A DNA stretch of 64,000 bases from Gammaproteobacteria bacterium (lineage in GTDB: Bacteria > Pseudomonadota > Gammaproteobacteria > UBA4575), in assembly GCA_965207475.1 (NCBI GenBank), contig OZ242278.1:74748-138747 (forward strand), written 5' to 3'. The notes under the pieces were generated by a model. That model saw only the letters and a list, made by a program, of their open reading frames with translations, had not been told where the DNA came from and did not search any database. Shown one piece after another: positions 34,074 through 44,919 of this stretch (position 1 is the first letter of the stretch; every line of letters starts with the position of its first letter). The translations under genes and the position numbers were made by a program.

Positions 34074-35864
34074 ATGGGCAAAGCATATAAGTTGGTTGAG
34101 CATACTTTCGATGTTGTAGTGGTAGGTGCTGGCGGAGCTGGGTTGAGAGCTACGCTAGGCATGACAGCCAGTGGTCTTTCTACTGCATGCATCACAAAAG
34201 TGTTTCCGACAAGGAGCCATACTGTGGCTGCACAGGGCGGGATGAGTGCTGCTCTTGCAAACATGGGTGAAGATGATTGGCGCTGGCACATGTATGACAC
34301 GGTCAAAGGCTCAGACTGGCTGGGTGACCAAGATGCGATCGAATACATGTGTCGTGAGGCTATTCCCGCTGTCGTAGAGCTAGAGCATTTTGGTGTTCCA
34401 TTCTCACGTACCGAAGACGGGCGCATTTATCAGCGGCCTTTTGGAGGAATGACCACACACTATGGTGAGGGGATTGCACAAAGGACCTGCGCTGCAGCTG
34501 ACCGAACTGGCCATGCGATCTTGCATACCCTTTATCAGCAGTCCCTAAAACACAATGCAGAATTCTTTATTGAGTATTTTGCGATTGACTTGCTTATGGA
34601 TAATGATGGTACTTGCAAGGGTGTACTAGCTTGGGATCTTGCTTCTGGTGAACTGCATGTCTTTCGTTCCCATATTGTCTTGCTTGCCACAGGTGGCTAT
34701 GGGCGTGCCTACTTTTCTTGCACATCTGCACATACCTGTACCGGGGATGGCAACGCGATGGTGCTTCGCGCAGGATTGTCCCTGCAGGATATGGAGTTTG
34801 TCCAGTTTCACCCTACAGGAATCTATGGATCAGGCTGCTTGATTACGGAGGGAGTTCGGGGCGAAGGAGGATTTTTGACAAATTCTGATGGTGAGCGTTT
34901 CATGGAGCGGTATGCACCTAACGCTAAAGACCTTGCATCACGTGACGTGGTAAGCCGTTCCATGACCATTGAAATTAACGAAGGTCGGGGGGTTGGAGAT
35001 GAAAAGGATCATATACATCTACATTTGGAGCACCTAGGAGCAGACTTGATTCATGCAAAGCTCCCGGGCATTGCAGAGTCTGCAAGGATATTCGCAGGAG
35101 TTGATGTAACCCGGGAGCCGATACCTGTGATACCGACTGTCCATTACAACATGGGTGGAATACCCACAAATTATCAAGGTGAAGTGGTGACCCTGAAAGG
35201 TGATAATCCGGACCATGTGATTCCTGGGCTAATGGCGATTGGTGAGGCAGCCTGTGTTTCTGTTCATGGTGCAAACCGGTTGGGCTCGAATTCCTTGCTG
35301 GACTTGATTGTATTTGGCAGGGCAGCTGCTATGCGTGCAGTGGAACTGGTTCGGCCGGGGCAAGGACATGGTGTTCTCAGGTGTGATTCAGTTGACAAAG
35401 CGTTGGACCGGTTTGACAGATTGCGCAATTCGGATGGTGATACTCCTACCGCCAAGCTGCGTGTCGAGATGCAAAGAACCATGCAAAACCATGCTGCAGT
35501 ATTCAGAACAGGAGAGTTAATAGGAAAAGGACTGATAAAGCTCAGAGAATTGTTTTCTTGCTTGAGCAACATAAAAGTTACAGACCGCTCGATGATTTGG
35601 AATACGGACTTGATAGAAGCCATAGAGCTGACTAATTTAATGCCACAGGCTATCGTTACAGCCCAATCAGCATTGAACCGGACTGAAAGTCGTGGTGCAC
35701 AGGCACGTGACGATTTTCCAAAGCGTGATGACAAAAACTGGCTAAAACACTCTTTGGCATCTATAGATGAAAGTGGGAATGCATCTATTCTGTATCGGCC
35801 AGTTCATATGTACACGCAAACCGATGCTGTAGAAGTTATTCCGCCCAAAGCCAGAGTTTATTAA
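34074..35864 (+). CDS. sdhA: Succinate dehydrogenase flavoprotein subunit
   Basis: 596 aa. '[14 protein letters not shown]', 'SHTVAAQGG' and '[11 protein letters not shown]'. Confidence 0.95.
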   Translation: MGKAYKLVEHTFDVVVVGAGGAGLRATLGMTASGLSTACITKVFPTRSHTVAAQGGMSAALANMGEDDWRWHMYDTVKGSDWLGDQDAIEYMCREAIPAVVELEHFGVPFSRTEDGRIYQRPFGGMTTHYGEGIAQRTCAAADRTGHAILHTLYQQSLKHNAEFFIEYFAIDLLMDNDGTCKGVLAWDLASGELHVFRSHIVLLATGGYGRAYFSCTSAHTCTGDGNAMVLRAGLSLQDMEFVQFHPTGIYGSGCLITEGVRGEGGFLTNSDGERFMERYAPNAKDLASRDVVSRSMTIEINEGRGVGDEKDHIHLHLEHLGADLIHAKLPGIAESARIFAGVDVTREPIPVIPTVHYNMGGIPTNYQGEVVTLKGDNPDHVIPGLMAIGEAACVSVHGANRLGSNSLLDLIVFGRAAAMRAVELVRPGQGHGVLRCDSVDKALDRFDRLRNSDGDTPTAKLRVEMQRTMQNHAAVFRTGELIGKGLIKLRELFSCLSNIKVTDRSMIWNTDLIEAIELTNLMPQAIVTAQSALNRTESRGAQARDDFPKRDDKNWLKHSLASIDESGNASILYRPVHMYTQTDAVEVIPPKARVY

Positions 35865-35874
35865 GGAGGTACAT

Positions 35875-36663
35875 GTGGCGCAATTCAACCTTCCTGCAAA
35901 CTCCGTCGTCAGGTCAGGTAAAAAGTACCTGGCGCCAACCCCTGTCCCCGGTCACAGCGTAAAAAGAATAGTTGTTTATCGCTATGATCCAGATCAAGAT
36001 GAGAATCCGCGCATTGATACCTACGAACTGGACCTAGATACGTGTGGTCCAATGGTCCTGGATGCGTTGATCAAGATAAAAGATGAAATAGATTCGACTC
36101 TTGCGTTCCGTCGCTCATGCCGTGAAGGGATATGCGGCTCCTGTTCAATGAATATTAATGGCGCAAATACTCTGGCATGTATTAAAGCGATCAAAGATAT
36201 CAAGGGTGACCTGAAGATTTATCCGTTACCCCATATGCCCGTAGTCAAGGATTTGGTAGTGGATTTGAGCCAGTTCTACAAGCAGTACTCATCCATCCAG
36301 CCTTGGATGAAAACCAGGACGGAGCCATCTTCAGGTCGGGAACGCTTGCAATCTGAGGAAGATCGAAAAAAACTTGATGGACTCGAAGAATGCATTTTGT
36401 GTGCGTGTTGCTCTACGAGTTGTCCAAGCTATTGGTGGAACAGTGATCGCTATCTGGGTCCTGCAGTATTACTTCAGGCCTATCGTTGGATTGCTGATAG
36501 CAGAGATGAGGCCACTGATGAACGCCTGCAAGAGTTAAAGGATTCATTCAAACTCTACCGTTGTCACACAATTATGAACTGCACGAATACTTGCCCAAAA
36601 GGGTTAAACCCTGCAAAAGCGATTGCAGAAATCAAGAAGCTAGTTGCAACGAGAGGCAGTTAA
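35875..36663 (+). CDS. sdhB: Succinate dehydrogenase iron-sulfur subunit
   Basis: Cys clusters [31 protein letters not shown] and [20 protein letters not shown] start. Confidence 0.95.
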   Translation: MAQFNLPANSVVRSGKKYLAPTPVPGHSVKRIVVYRYDPDQDENPRIDTYELDLDTCGPMVLDALIKIKDEIDSTLAFRRSCREGICGSCSMNINGANTLACIKAIKDIKGDLKIYPLPHMPVVKDLVVDLSQFYKQYSSIQPWMKTRTEPSSGRERLQSEEDRKKLDGLEECILCACCSTSCPSYWWNSDRYLGPAVLLQAYRWIADSRDEATDERLQELKDSFKLYRCHTIMNCTNTCPKGLNPAKAIAEIKKLVATRGS

Positions 36664-36671
36664 AGGAATTT

Positions 36672-36902
36672 ATGGAAAATCCAAACAAGCTGCTATGGCG
36701 ATGCCGCAGAGGTACTAAGGAACTGGACATGCTGACACGGAAGTTTCTTGATACTCACTATCTCAACGTCGATCCTGAATTGAAACGTGCATTTGAATCC
36801 ATGCTGGATATGCAAGACACGGAATTGTATGCCTTGTTGATAGGAAATCAGACGTCCCATGACCACAACATAAATAAGGTAATCCAAATCATTCAAGACT
36901 GA
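36672..36902 (+). CDS. sdhE: FAD assembly factor SdhE
   Basis: 76 aa from ATG 36672. Contains MENPNKLLWRCRRGTKELD with the RGxxE motif. The ORF track's 36561 start overlaps sdhB. Confidence 0.85.
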   Translation: MENPNKLLWRCRRGTKELDMLTRKFLDTHYLNVDPELKRAFESMLDMQDTELYALLIGNQTSHDHNINKVIQIIQD

Positions 36903-36991
36903 CCCTATATATTGATCATTACGTGTATGCTAGCCGTTGAAGTCGTTTCAGTTTATATGTCAATATTAGTCAGGCTTGGACTGCAAACCCA

Positions 36992-37537
36992 GTGAAAGAC
37001 ACATTCAGAAATATAAGAATTCCGGCTCCTCCTCGACCTAACTCTTTTGCCGGCCTGATGGATTTGTACGAGGCGAACTACATTCGTCTTCGGAAACTAT
37101 GTGGCCAAAAGGGATCAATGCCACCTGTAGCAGTATCACGCATTACCCAAGGGATGGATCTCTATCTGCAGGTTTTGGAACAGACCCGCTATACTTCAAC
37201 CATTGCATTGACACATTATTTTGTTGATGCACAACAGGGCCTATTGGCTTATCCTGATCTCAGGCTGAGAATCTATTACGATGCATTGCAGGCTGAGGTG
37301 ATTGGCCAATCATTCAGGTTTGAGAATTCAGGTTTACCTACGTGTAGTAACCCGGCACACTCATCTTTACAATTCAGATGGAGGGTTAACCGGTTTTTAT
37401 TTAAATGGCTGTCATTTTGTGTTCAGCAAGGGCATTCTTTTGTAGTTGATCGCGAGTTCCAGCAAAACTGCCTGCTTACTGAAGATATCAAGATGCCATT
37501 AAAGGATCACGCTCTCCCCATCAATCTTTTTCAGTGA
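36992..37537 (+). CDS. DUF1249 (YqiB-like) family protein
   Basis: 181 aa, GTG start. 'FAGLMDLYEANYIRLRKL' resembles the DUF1249 N-terminal motif. Confidence 0.55.
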   Translation: MKDTFRNIRIPAPPRPNSFAGLMDLYEANYIRLRKLCGQKGSMPPVAVSRITQGMDLYLQVLEQTRYTSTIALTHYFVDAQQGLLAYPDLRLRIYYDALQAEVIGQSFRFENSGLPTCSNPAHSSLQFRWRVNRFLFKWLSFCVQQGHSFVVDREFQQNCLLTEDIKMPLKDHALPINLFQ

Positions 37538-37828
37538 ATGGCTAGCGCATAACCAGAGATTCGGATAGTTGTCTCCGTCCTGGTTCCAAACAGTCTAAAT
37601 TGCATGAAGTCAGATATGTAGATGGATTGCAGTCAGCCTGTTTTGATTGTAACCCCATTCTGACATGACCGTTTGCAGCACAAAATGGCAGTCGTGTACT
37701 GGTGTTGCATGGTGCCCACTATACTGTTAGCTTGAAATATAGCCGTAAATTTTTTCTGCTATTTTATTTCAGGCAAATACGTGATCCTGTACTATCATAA
37801 CTTGCGTTTTTAAGTTGAGGAGTGACAT

Positions 37829-38692
37829 ATGAAGCAACAAGTTACAGTTGATGGAGTCAAGTTGGACATCAACATTGAACAAAAAGGCAGCTCAGGTCAG
37901 GAAATTTTAATGGTTCATGGGATCCCAACCAACGCGCGTTTGTGGCGGCACGTCCAAGGCTACTTGGAAGACCGCTATCAAACCTATGCCATGGATATGA
38001 TTGGCTATGGTCAATCCGATATGCCGTTGGATGATGTTAAACACACCTTGACCAATCAGGCAGAGGCCATTAAAGGGGTAATTGAAGGACTTGGTTTAAA
38101 AGGTAAGGCTGTTCTTGTGGGGCATGATCATGGTGGGGGTGCCTGCCAGATTTTTGCTTCAAAGTACTGTGACCACATTAGCCGTTTAGTATTGATCAAT
38201 CCGGTGGCATTTGATTATTGGCCAGTTCTGGAAGTAGAAGCTTTCAATGCCTTGGTAGGTGCACCTGACGAAGTGTTGCAGGTGGCAATGGGACAGGCAG
38301 CTGCTGCATTTCCTGCACTGTTAAGAACAGGGAGCTACGATAAGATTGCGTTTACGGATCAAAATGTTAAGCAGAACTATCTGTCACACTGGGCGCGCGG
38401 CCCAGGTTTGCATGGATTTAAGTCTCTGGTGAAAGTCTGTAGTGACCCTTCAAATTCGGAGACTCTAGGCGTTGATCATAGCCAGATTACGTGTCCGACC
38501 ATGGTGTGCTGGGCGCTCCATGATGCCTGGATGCCAGTAGAGTCAGGTCGAAGACTGAAGGCAGCTATTAAAGGTCCAACCCGCTTTCATGTTATTGAAC
38601 GTGCAGGCCACTATGTCCCGGAAGACAGGCCTGATGTGGTAGCCGACTACATAGATGACTTTATCACTGAGTGGGAGGGAGTAAGCGTCTAG
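37829..38692 (+). CDS. Alpha/beta-fold hydrolase (haloalkane-dehalogenase/epoxide-hydrolase-like, Asp nucleophile)
   Basis: 287 aa. '[15 protein letters not shown]', '[10 protein letters not shown]' and a C-terminal '[10 protein letters not shown]'. Confidence 0.75.
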   Translation: MKQQVTVDGVKLDINIEQKGSSGQEILMVHGIPTNARLWRHVQGYLEDRYQTYAMDMIGYGQSDMPLDDVKHTLTNQAEAIKGVIEGLGLKGKAVLVGHDHGGGACQIFASKYCDHISRLVLINPVAFDYWPVLEVEAFNALVGAPDEVLQVAMGQAAAAFPALLRTGSYDKIAFTDQNVKQNYLSHWARGPGLHGFKSLVKVCSDPSNSETLGVDHSQITCPTMVCWALHDAWMPVESGRRLKAAIKGPTRFHVIERAGHYVPEDRPDVVADYIDDFITEWEGVSV

Positions 38693-39666
38693 AGCAAGGC
38701 CTTTACAGCATCCCGCTCCTCTAACAGTTCTTTTTCTGTTATCTTGGTCTTCTCCGTACTGAAGTCGTCCATGTGTAAATCATGGACGACTTCATAGCTG
38801 CCATTTTTGCAGCGTACAGGGAAGGAATACATCAACCCTTCCGTAATGCCATAATCGCCAGCAGACGGAATCCCCATGCTAGTCCAGTCATCTTCTGGTG
38901 TGCCAAATATCCAATTTCGCATGTGATCAATTGCAGCAGAGGCGGCAGAGGCGGCAGAAGATGCTCCTCTAGCGCTGATGATTTCTGCTCCTCGATTTTG
39001 TACGTTAGGTATGAATGTCTCTTTGTACCAGGAAATATCTACAACTGAGGTGGCATTTTGGCCGTCAATTCTGCAGTGGCAAATATCTGGATACTGAGTT
39101 AGAGAATGATTTCCCCATACTGTAAGACGTGTAATGTCTGCAATTTTAGAGCCGGTCTTCAACGAGAGCTGGTTCAGGGCACGGTTGTGATCAAGCCTCA
39201 TCATGGAAGAGAATTGTGCAGGTGACAAGTCAGGGGCATTGTTCATGGCTATCAGAGCATTGGTATTGGCTGGATTCCCTATTACTAGGACCTTGACATT
39301 GCGTGAGGCGTGATTATTGATAGCACGCCCCTGTGGCCCAAATATTTTCCCGTTATCTCCCAGCAAGTCACTTCGCTCCATGCCTTTAGTGCGTGGTTTA
39401 GAACCAACTAACAATGCGTAATCGGTATCCTTGAAACCAGTTTCGATGTCTGATGTGGTAATGACGTTTTCTAGCAATGGAAAAGCACAGTCAAGCAATT
39501 CCATTTCTACACCTTTCAATGCTTGCAATGCGGGCTCGATTTCGACTAACTGCAGGATAATCGGTTGGTCAGTCCCGAGCATCCCTCCTGCAGAGATACG
39601 GAACGCTGCTGCATATCCAATATTCCCCGCGGCGCCTGTTATGGCAATTCTTACGGCTGGTTTCAT
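38689..39666 (-). CDS. mdh: Malate dehydrogenase (NAD-dependent, LDH-unlike type)
   Basis: 325 aa. '[14 protein letters not shown]', '[11 protein letters not shown]' and 'RLDHNRA'. Confidence 0.92.
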   Translation of the reverse strand: MKPAVRIAITGAAGNIGYAAAFRISAGGMLGTDQPIILQLVEIEPALQALKGVEMELLDCAFPLLENVITTSDIETGFKDTDYALLVGSKPRTKGMERSDLLGDNGKIFGPQGRAINNHASRNVKVLVIGNPANTNALIAMNNAPDLSPAQFSSMMRLDHNRALNQLSLKTGSKIADITRLTVWGNHSLTQYPDICHCRIDGQNATSVVDISWYKETFIPNVQNRGAEIISARGASSAASAASAAIDHMRNWIFGTPEDDWTSMGIPSAGDYGITEGLMYSFPVRCKNGSYEVVHDLHMDDFSTEKTKITEKELLEERDAVKALL

Positions 39667-39687
39667 GTGTCCTTCCTTGTCAAAAAA

Positions 39688-40785
39688 TTAATTTGGGTTG
39701 TGTTGCTTTTCCAGATACTCAAGCGATTGCATTTCAGTAAGCCTGCTTGTGGTACGCATGAACTCATCGCTGAGTCGTGAGCCTCGATACAATGAATCCG
39801 GGCTGGCTTCAGCAGACAGAATTAACTTTACATTACGATTGTAAAACTCGTCCACAAGATTTATGAATCTTCTAGCCTGATCATCCTTGTTTTCAAGAAC
39901 CGGTACATGCGAAATTAATATAGTATTGAATCGCTTCGCAAGTTCAGCATAGTCGGATGTGCTGCGTGGGCCCGCACAAAGTTCATTGAAATCAAACCAG
40001 GCAATTTTTGCTGAGTGGCGGATGGTCTGTAGGGTTCTGCTGCCGATCTGGATTGTACCCCATGATCCATCATTTTTTTCAGAACTGAGACTTAAATAAT
40101 GATGTTCCAGCCAGCCCAAAGATTCTTCATCAACAGGCGTGTTGTACACACCTTCAATCTGCATGGATTCAAACCTGTAGTCAGTCTCACCACCCAGTTG
40201 AATTATATCGGTATGCGTTTGAAGTAAATCAATTGCAGGTAAAAAACTTTCACGTTGCAATCCATTTTTGTATAACTGGCGCGGTTTAATATTGGAGGTA
40301 GTGACTAGGACAGTCTTATTTTTGAAGAGTCCATGTAAGAGTCCTGAAATAATCATTGCATCACCAATGTCATTGACGAAAAATTCATCAATACACAGCA
40401 CCGTAGCCTTTTCAGAAAATTCCTGGGCAACCCACTTGAGAGGGTTTCTCTTGTTGCTGTGTATTTTCATCAGCTCGTGGGATTCGTTCATGAATTGATG
40501 GAAGTGAAGGCGTAATTTTTTCTTGACGTGAAGACTAGAGAAGAATAAGTCCATCAGAAATGTTTTCCCACGTCCAACTCTGCCCCAGATGTATAAACCC
40601 TTTAAGTTTTCTGTGTCAGATTTTCTAGACAGGATTGTAGTGATACGGCTGAAAATAGATTCATTTGGGTGATATTGTTCAAGCTTGTGTCGCAATTCCT
40701 GCAATGCCTTCAACGTTTCCTTTTGATAAGGGTCCAGCACGATCTGTCCACCATCAAGGAGTTTAAGGTTATTTGGCTCAATCAT
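39688..40785 (-). CDS. zapE: Cell division protein ZapE (AFG1-like ATPase)
   Basis: 365 aa. Walker A 'WGRVGRGKTFLMD' and Walker B 'VLCIDEFFV'. Confidence 0.85.
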   Translation of the reverse strand: MIEPNNLKLLDGGQIVLDPYQKETLKALQELRHKLEQYHPNESIFSRITTILSRKSDTENLKGLYIWGRVGRGKTFLMDLFFSSLHVKKKLRLHFHQFMNESHELMKIHSNKRNPLKWVAQEFSEKATVLCIDEFFVNDIGDAMIISGLLHGLFKNKTVLVTTSNIKPRQLYKNGLQRESFLPAIDLLQTHTDIIQLGGETDYRFESMQIEGVYNTPVDEESLGWLEHHYLSLSSEKNDGSWGTIQIGSRTLQTIRHSAKIAWFDFNELCAGPRSTSDYAELAKRFNTILISHVPVLENKDDQARRFINLVDEFYNRNVKLILSAEASPDSLYRGSRLSDEFMRTTSRLTEMQSLEYLEKQHNPN

Positions 40786-41054
40786 TGCTGTAATTTGATG
40801 AAAGCTACGAATTCTGCCCTACCCAAGTTTTGTATTTATTAACCATGCTGACGATACTATATACTGTGATGAGTTTGTGTAGCTTCATTGATCTTCACAC
40901 AAGTAAATTGCGAGATGATATAGAGCTGAATACATGTGGAACTGACGTGGGGAATATTTAAGCTCTTTATTTAGGCGATTAGTGTATAGGTTTCGTTTCT
41001 TGAATAGAATTTCATCGGCTTAAAGAAGTTGATTTAATTGACGTATAGGCAGGC

Positions 41055-42104
41055 ATGTCACTTGGTCCGCTCATGGTAGATCTCGCTGCTGACTCACTGT
41101 CGGTACAAGAGCGTGACCTTTTGAACTCACCAAGGGTTGGAGGTGTGATCCTCTTTAGCCGTAATTTTACTTCAATTTCTGGTCTGGCTGAGTTGATTGG
41201 TGAAATTCATGCTTTGAAGCACCCGAGGTTGCTGGTGGCTACAGATCAGGAGGGAGGTCGTGTTCAGCGTTTTCGGGAGGGGTTTACACGACTTCCAGCA
41301 ATCGAAGAGCTTGGAAAAGTCTATGACATGGACCCGGTAAGAGCTTGTAGGCTGTCAGAGGCTACTGGCTGGCTGATGGCGGCTGAGCTTAGATCAATTG
41401 GAGTGGATTTCAGTTTTGCTCCAGTATTAGATTTAAATAGCAAAATGAGCAGAGTTATAGGCGAGCGTGCATTTCACAAAAATCCAGAAATCGTCGCGGA
41501 GTTGGCTTTACATTATATTCGTGGCATGCGCAGAGCCGGGATGCAGGCAGTAGCCAAGCATTTCCCTGGGCATGGCAGTGTGGCTGCAGATTCGCACACT
41601 GACTTACCAGTTGATTCGCGTCGCTACCAAGATATATTAATGCGGGACATGGAGCCGTTTCGCAGCGTGATTGATAAGGGTATAGCAGGAATAATGGTTG
41701 CCCATGTTGTCTATGAGAGAATAGACAAGAGTATTGCCACCTATTCAAGCAAGTGGTTAGGGGCGGTGTTGCGTGAGCATCTTGATTTCAGAGGGGTCAT
41801 ATTCAGTGATGACCTTAGTATGAAGGCTGCTGCAATTGATGACGAGTATGTAGTGCGGACACAACTGGCATTGCGTGCAGGGTGTGACATGGTTTTGATT
41901 TGTAATGCTGGTGAACAGGCTGCCCTGGTAGCTGAAAGGCTCGAGAACGGTAGCAGTCCAACATCCCAGATACGCCTGACGCGCATGCATGGGGGCAGGG
42001 GTCCAATACCCTATACAGAACTCCGCAACAGTGATGTGTGGCAATCTGCAGTATTGCAAGTAGAATCATACCGAAATCTTCCTTATGAAGATTTGCTGGT
42101 CTAG
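41055..42104 (+). CDS. nagZ: Beta-N-acetylhexosaminidase (peptidoglycan recycling)
   Basis: 349 aa. 'ATDQEGGRVQRF', 'KHFPGHG' and 'VIFSDDLSM'. Confidence 0.9.
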   Translation: MSLGPLMVDLAADSLSVQERDLLNSPRVGGVILFSRNFTSISGLAELIGEIHALKHPRLLVATDQEGGRVQRFREGFTRLPAIEELGKVYDMDPVRACRLSEATGWLMAAELRSIGVDFSFAPVLDLNSKMSRVIGERAFHKNPEIVAELALHYIRGMRRAGMQAVAKHFPGHGSVAADSHTDLPVDSRRYQDILMRDMEPFRSVIDKGIAGIMVAHVVYERIDKSIATYSSKWLGAVLREHLDFRGVIFSDDLSMKAAAIDDEYVVRTQLALRAGCDMVLICNAGEQAALVAERLENGSSPTSQIRLTRMHGGRGPIPYTELRNSDVWQSAVLQVESYRNLPYEDLLV

Positions 42105-42141
42105 AGATGTGTTGAGATAACGGGCAAGAAGTATAGAGAGC

Positions 42142-43248
42142 ATGAAAATTTCTGAGCTCCTTGGATATCAAGGTTCACATGATTTTGCGGGCACTTGGGT
42201 AATACAAGTGTTTGCTGTAGTGTTTACAGCCCTGCTGTTTAATTTTCTTGTCAGCCTGCTTATGCGCAGACTAGCCAAGAGGGCTCAGCAATCCATGAAC
42301 CCTTGGGATGATGCGTTTGTTCATGCTGTGCAAAAACCTCTTCAGGTATTGATATGGGTTATCGGAATTTTGTTTGCTGCTGAAATTGTAGCGGCACGTA
42401 CTGAAGCAGAAATATTCAAGGCCATCGATCCTGTTCGAAACGTTTCGATAATCGTAGTACTTACTTGGTTTTTGATCCGTTTTGTCAAAGGATTTGAAAA
42501 AGCCTTGATCAGGACTCATTCGGAGAAGGGCAGCAGTATTGATGTAACTACTGCAAATGCCCTGGTCAAACTGGTCAACGCATCTATTTTCATTACTGCT
42601 GCATTGGTTATGCTGCAGACACTAGGATTCAGTATTTCAGGGATTTTGGCATTCGGGGGAATCGGAGGAATTGCTGTAGGATTTGCTGCTAAAGATCTGT
42701 TATCGAATTTCTTTGGCGGACTTATGATCTATTTGGATCGGCCCTTCAAAGTTGGTGACTGGATATGTTCGCCTGACATGGATATCGAGGGAACAGTCGA
42801 GGAAATAGGTTGGCGTCAGACAAGAATTCGTACGTTCAGCAAACGACCTCTTTATGTTCCCAATTCAGTCTTTGCAAATATCGTTGTCGAAAATCCATCT
42901 CGTATGTCACACAGAAGAATCTATGAAACGATTGGCATACGGTACGATGATATCCATGTAATGAAAGATATCGTGAAGGAAGTCAAGGAGATGCTGATAA
43001 GCCATGATGAAATAGACAAGTCCCAGACCATGATTGTTAATTTCAATCAGTTCAGCGAATCTTCAGTCGATTTTTTTGTGTATACATTTACAAAGACGAC
43101 GAATTGGATAAGGTTTCATGAAGTCAAGCAGGATGTCTTGCTAAAGATATCCGACATTATTGAGAATAATCATGCAAGCATTGCATATCCAACTCATGTC
43201 CTACAGCTTGACAATGCAGACGATACGGTATCTTTTGGCGGGCAATGA
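42142..43248 (+). CDS. MscS-family mechanosensitive ion channel
   Basis: 368 aa. N-terminal TM helices followed by 'GGIAVGFAAKDLLSNFFGGLMIYLDRPFKVGDWI', the pore-lining TM3/beta-domain pattern. Confidence 0.85.
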   Translation: MKISELLGYQGSHDFAGTWVIQVFAVVFTALLFNFLVSLLMRRLAKRAQQSMNPWDDAFVHAVQKPLQVLIWVIGILFAAEIVAARTEAEIFKAIDPVRNVSIIVVLTWFLIRFVKGFEKALIRTHSEKGSSIDVTTANALVKLVNASIFITAALVMLQTLGFSISGILAFGGIGGIAVGFAAKDLLSNFFGGLMIYLDRPFKVGDWICSPDMDIEGTVEEIGWRQTRIRTFSKRPLYVPNSVFANIVVENPSRMSHRRIYETIGIRYDDIHVMKDIVKEVKEMLISHDEIDKSQTMIVNFNQFSESSVDFFVYTFTKTTNWIRFHEVKQDVLLKISDIIENNHASIAYPTHVLQLDNADDTVSFGGQ

Positions 43249-43435
43249 AACTTACAAACAGTAATCTGCCATCGACATACAGTCAATGAACGCCTGATTG
43301 ATCACAATTTCTAATTCAGGGGAAATACATGCTTTTGACATCCTGAGTCTGTGATCATTTATGATTCATGCAGGCTGGTTCTGTAATTTAACAATAAAAA
43401 AACCAGAGTTACCTTTTACATAAAATAATTTCGTA

Positions 43436-44182
43436 ATGACAACAAAACGCCTTGCAATAATTGGCGGATCAACTGCGATAGGCGAACTTGAAGTAATTAA
43501 CAAACTTGAAGTCGATACTCCATTTGGCTCATGCAGCAGCGCATTGTCCACAGTTAAGCTGGACGGTAAAGAAGCTATATATATGTACAGGCATGGTGAT
43601 GGTCATACCATCCCCCCACATAAGATTAATTATTGTGCCAATATTTGGGCTCTGCACAGTGTCGGAGTCACTCATGTTATTGGTTTGGCAGCCGTAGGAG
43701 GTATTGCAAGTGCCAGCCAGCCAGGAAAGATCATCATTCCCGATCAAATAATTGACTATACCTACGGTCGCAAGCACACGTTTTTTGAGTCAGCCCTGAA
43801 TCCGGTGACCCATATTGATTTTGTTGAACCATATTGCGCTGAGCTTCGGAAAGCTTTGATTAAGGCGGCGGCCAACATTGATCTTATGGTTTTAGATAGT
43901 GGTACATATGGGGTCACGCAAGGCCCACGGCTGGAAACTGCAGCGGAAGTGATACGTCTAAAAAATGATGGATGTGACTTGGTAGGGATGACGGCTATGC
44001 CTGAGGCGGCGTTGGCAAGGGAGCTAGGCCTTTGTTATGCAACATGTGCGCATTGTGTAAATTGGGCAGCAGGCTTGGAAACCAGCAAGCATCAAATTGA
44101 TCTGTCAGAGATGCATGAAAACATTGTCCAGGGAAAGCATTCAGTCAGACGGTTAATTATAGCTATGGTCAGGTGCTTGTGA
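43436..44182 (+). CDS. S-methyl-5'-thioadenosine/thioinosine phosphorylase (PNP family 2)
   Basis: 248 aa. 'LAIIGGS', 'YRHGDGHTIPPHKINYCANIWAL' and 'DLVGMTAMPEAALAREL'. Confidence 0.8.
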   Translation: MTTKRLAIIGGSTAIGELEVINKLEVDTPFGSCSSALSTVKLDGKEAIYMYRHGDGHTIPPHKINYCANIWALHSVGVTHVIGLAAVGGIASASQPGKIIIPDQIIDYTYGRKHTFFESALNPVTHIDFVEPYCAELRKALIKAAANIDLMVLDSGTYGVTQGPRLETAAEVIRLKNDGCDLVGMTAMPEAALARELGLCYATCAHCVNWAAGLETSKHQIDLSEMHENIVQGKHSVRRLIIAMVRCL

Positions 44183-44203
44183 AGTCCAAAGTCTGAGACA
44201 GCA

Positions 44204-44902
44204 TTAATCCTCGTTTTCAGCAGACCGGATCTCTACCAGAATTCCGAACAATGGATGATCAATATAATGCAATTCCTCACTTCGCATTTTCCTGTGCGCT
44301 TTGAGTGCATGTTCCGTTAAATGCAAGTCTCGTCCTGACGAATCGAATTCTGTACTGGGCAGCACCTTGCTACCGCCAGGTCTCCTGTAGATCAAATCTG
44401 TGAATATATGAAGATAACGAGCTAAAAATACTTTGACTGTGCCATCCAATTCACGGACCGAAATCTTACCCAGCTCTGGGGCATTGCTTGAGTCGACTTG
44501 AATTGGTTTTAGTTCTTTGAATGTGTCATTAAAGTCTTTGCCTGCCTGAATGCGTACAGGGATTGCAGCTTCTTTTGCAAGGCCGGGTTGTAGCCAGGCA
44601 ACATGCTGCATGACCCTGTATTTACCTGACGTTGTTAACAGATTGGCAAGATCATGCAGCCGAAACTCATTTTCTGATAAAGGTAAAAAATCATAGAAGA
44701 CTGCACTGTCATTCAACGGGATAGCGCTTTGAATATCAGGCTGGTGGGGAGATTGTTTCTGGGCATGAACGGATGGTTCCCAGTTATTCCCTTCATGTGC
44801 AAAAAAGATCATTTCCACTATGTAATCGTCTGCTAATGCAAGTGGGCAGGCCCAGAGCGCAGACAGGAATACTATACGTCGGAAAATGTTGAGATAATGC
44901 AT
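44204..44902 (-). CDS. CsiV-like periplasmic protein (peptidoglycan-binding family commonly next to mfd)
   Basis: 232 aa. A signal peptide followed by 'DDYIVEMIFFAHEG'. Sits immediately downstream of mfd, as in many gammaproteobacteria. Confidence 0.5.
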   Translation of the reverse strand: MHYLNIFRRIVFLSALWACPLALADDYIVEMIFFAHEGNNWEPSVHAQKQSPHQPDIQSAIPLNDSAVFYDFLPLSENEFRLHDLANLLTTSGKYRVMQHVAWLQPGLAKEAAIPVRIQAGKDFNDTFKELKPIQVDSSNAPELGKISVRELDGTVKVFLARYLHIFTDLIYRRPGGSKVLPSTEFDSSGRDLHLTEHALKAHRKMRSEELHYIDHPLFGILVEIRSAENED

Positions 44903-44919
44903 GTACGGAAGGTAATAAT

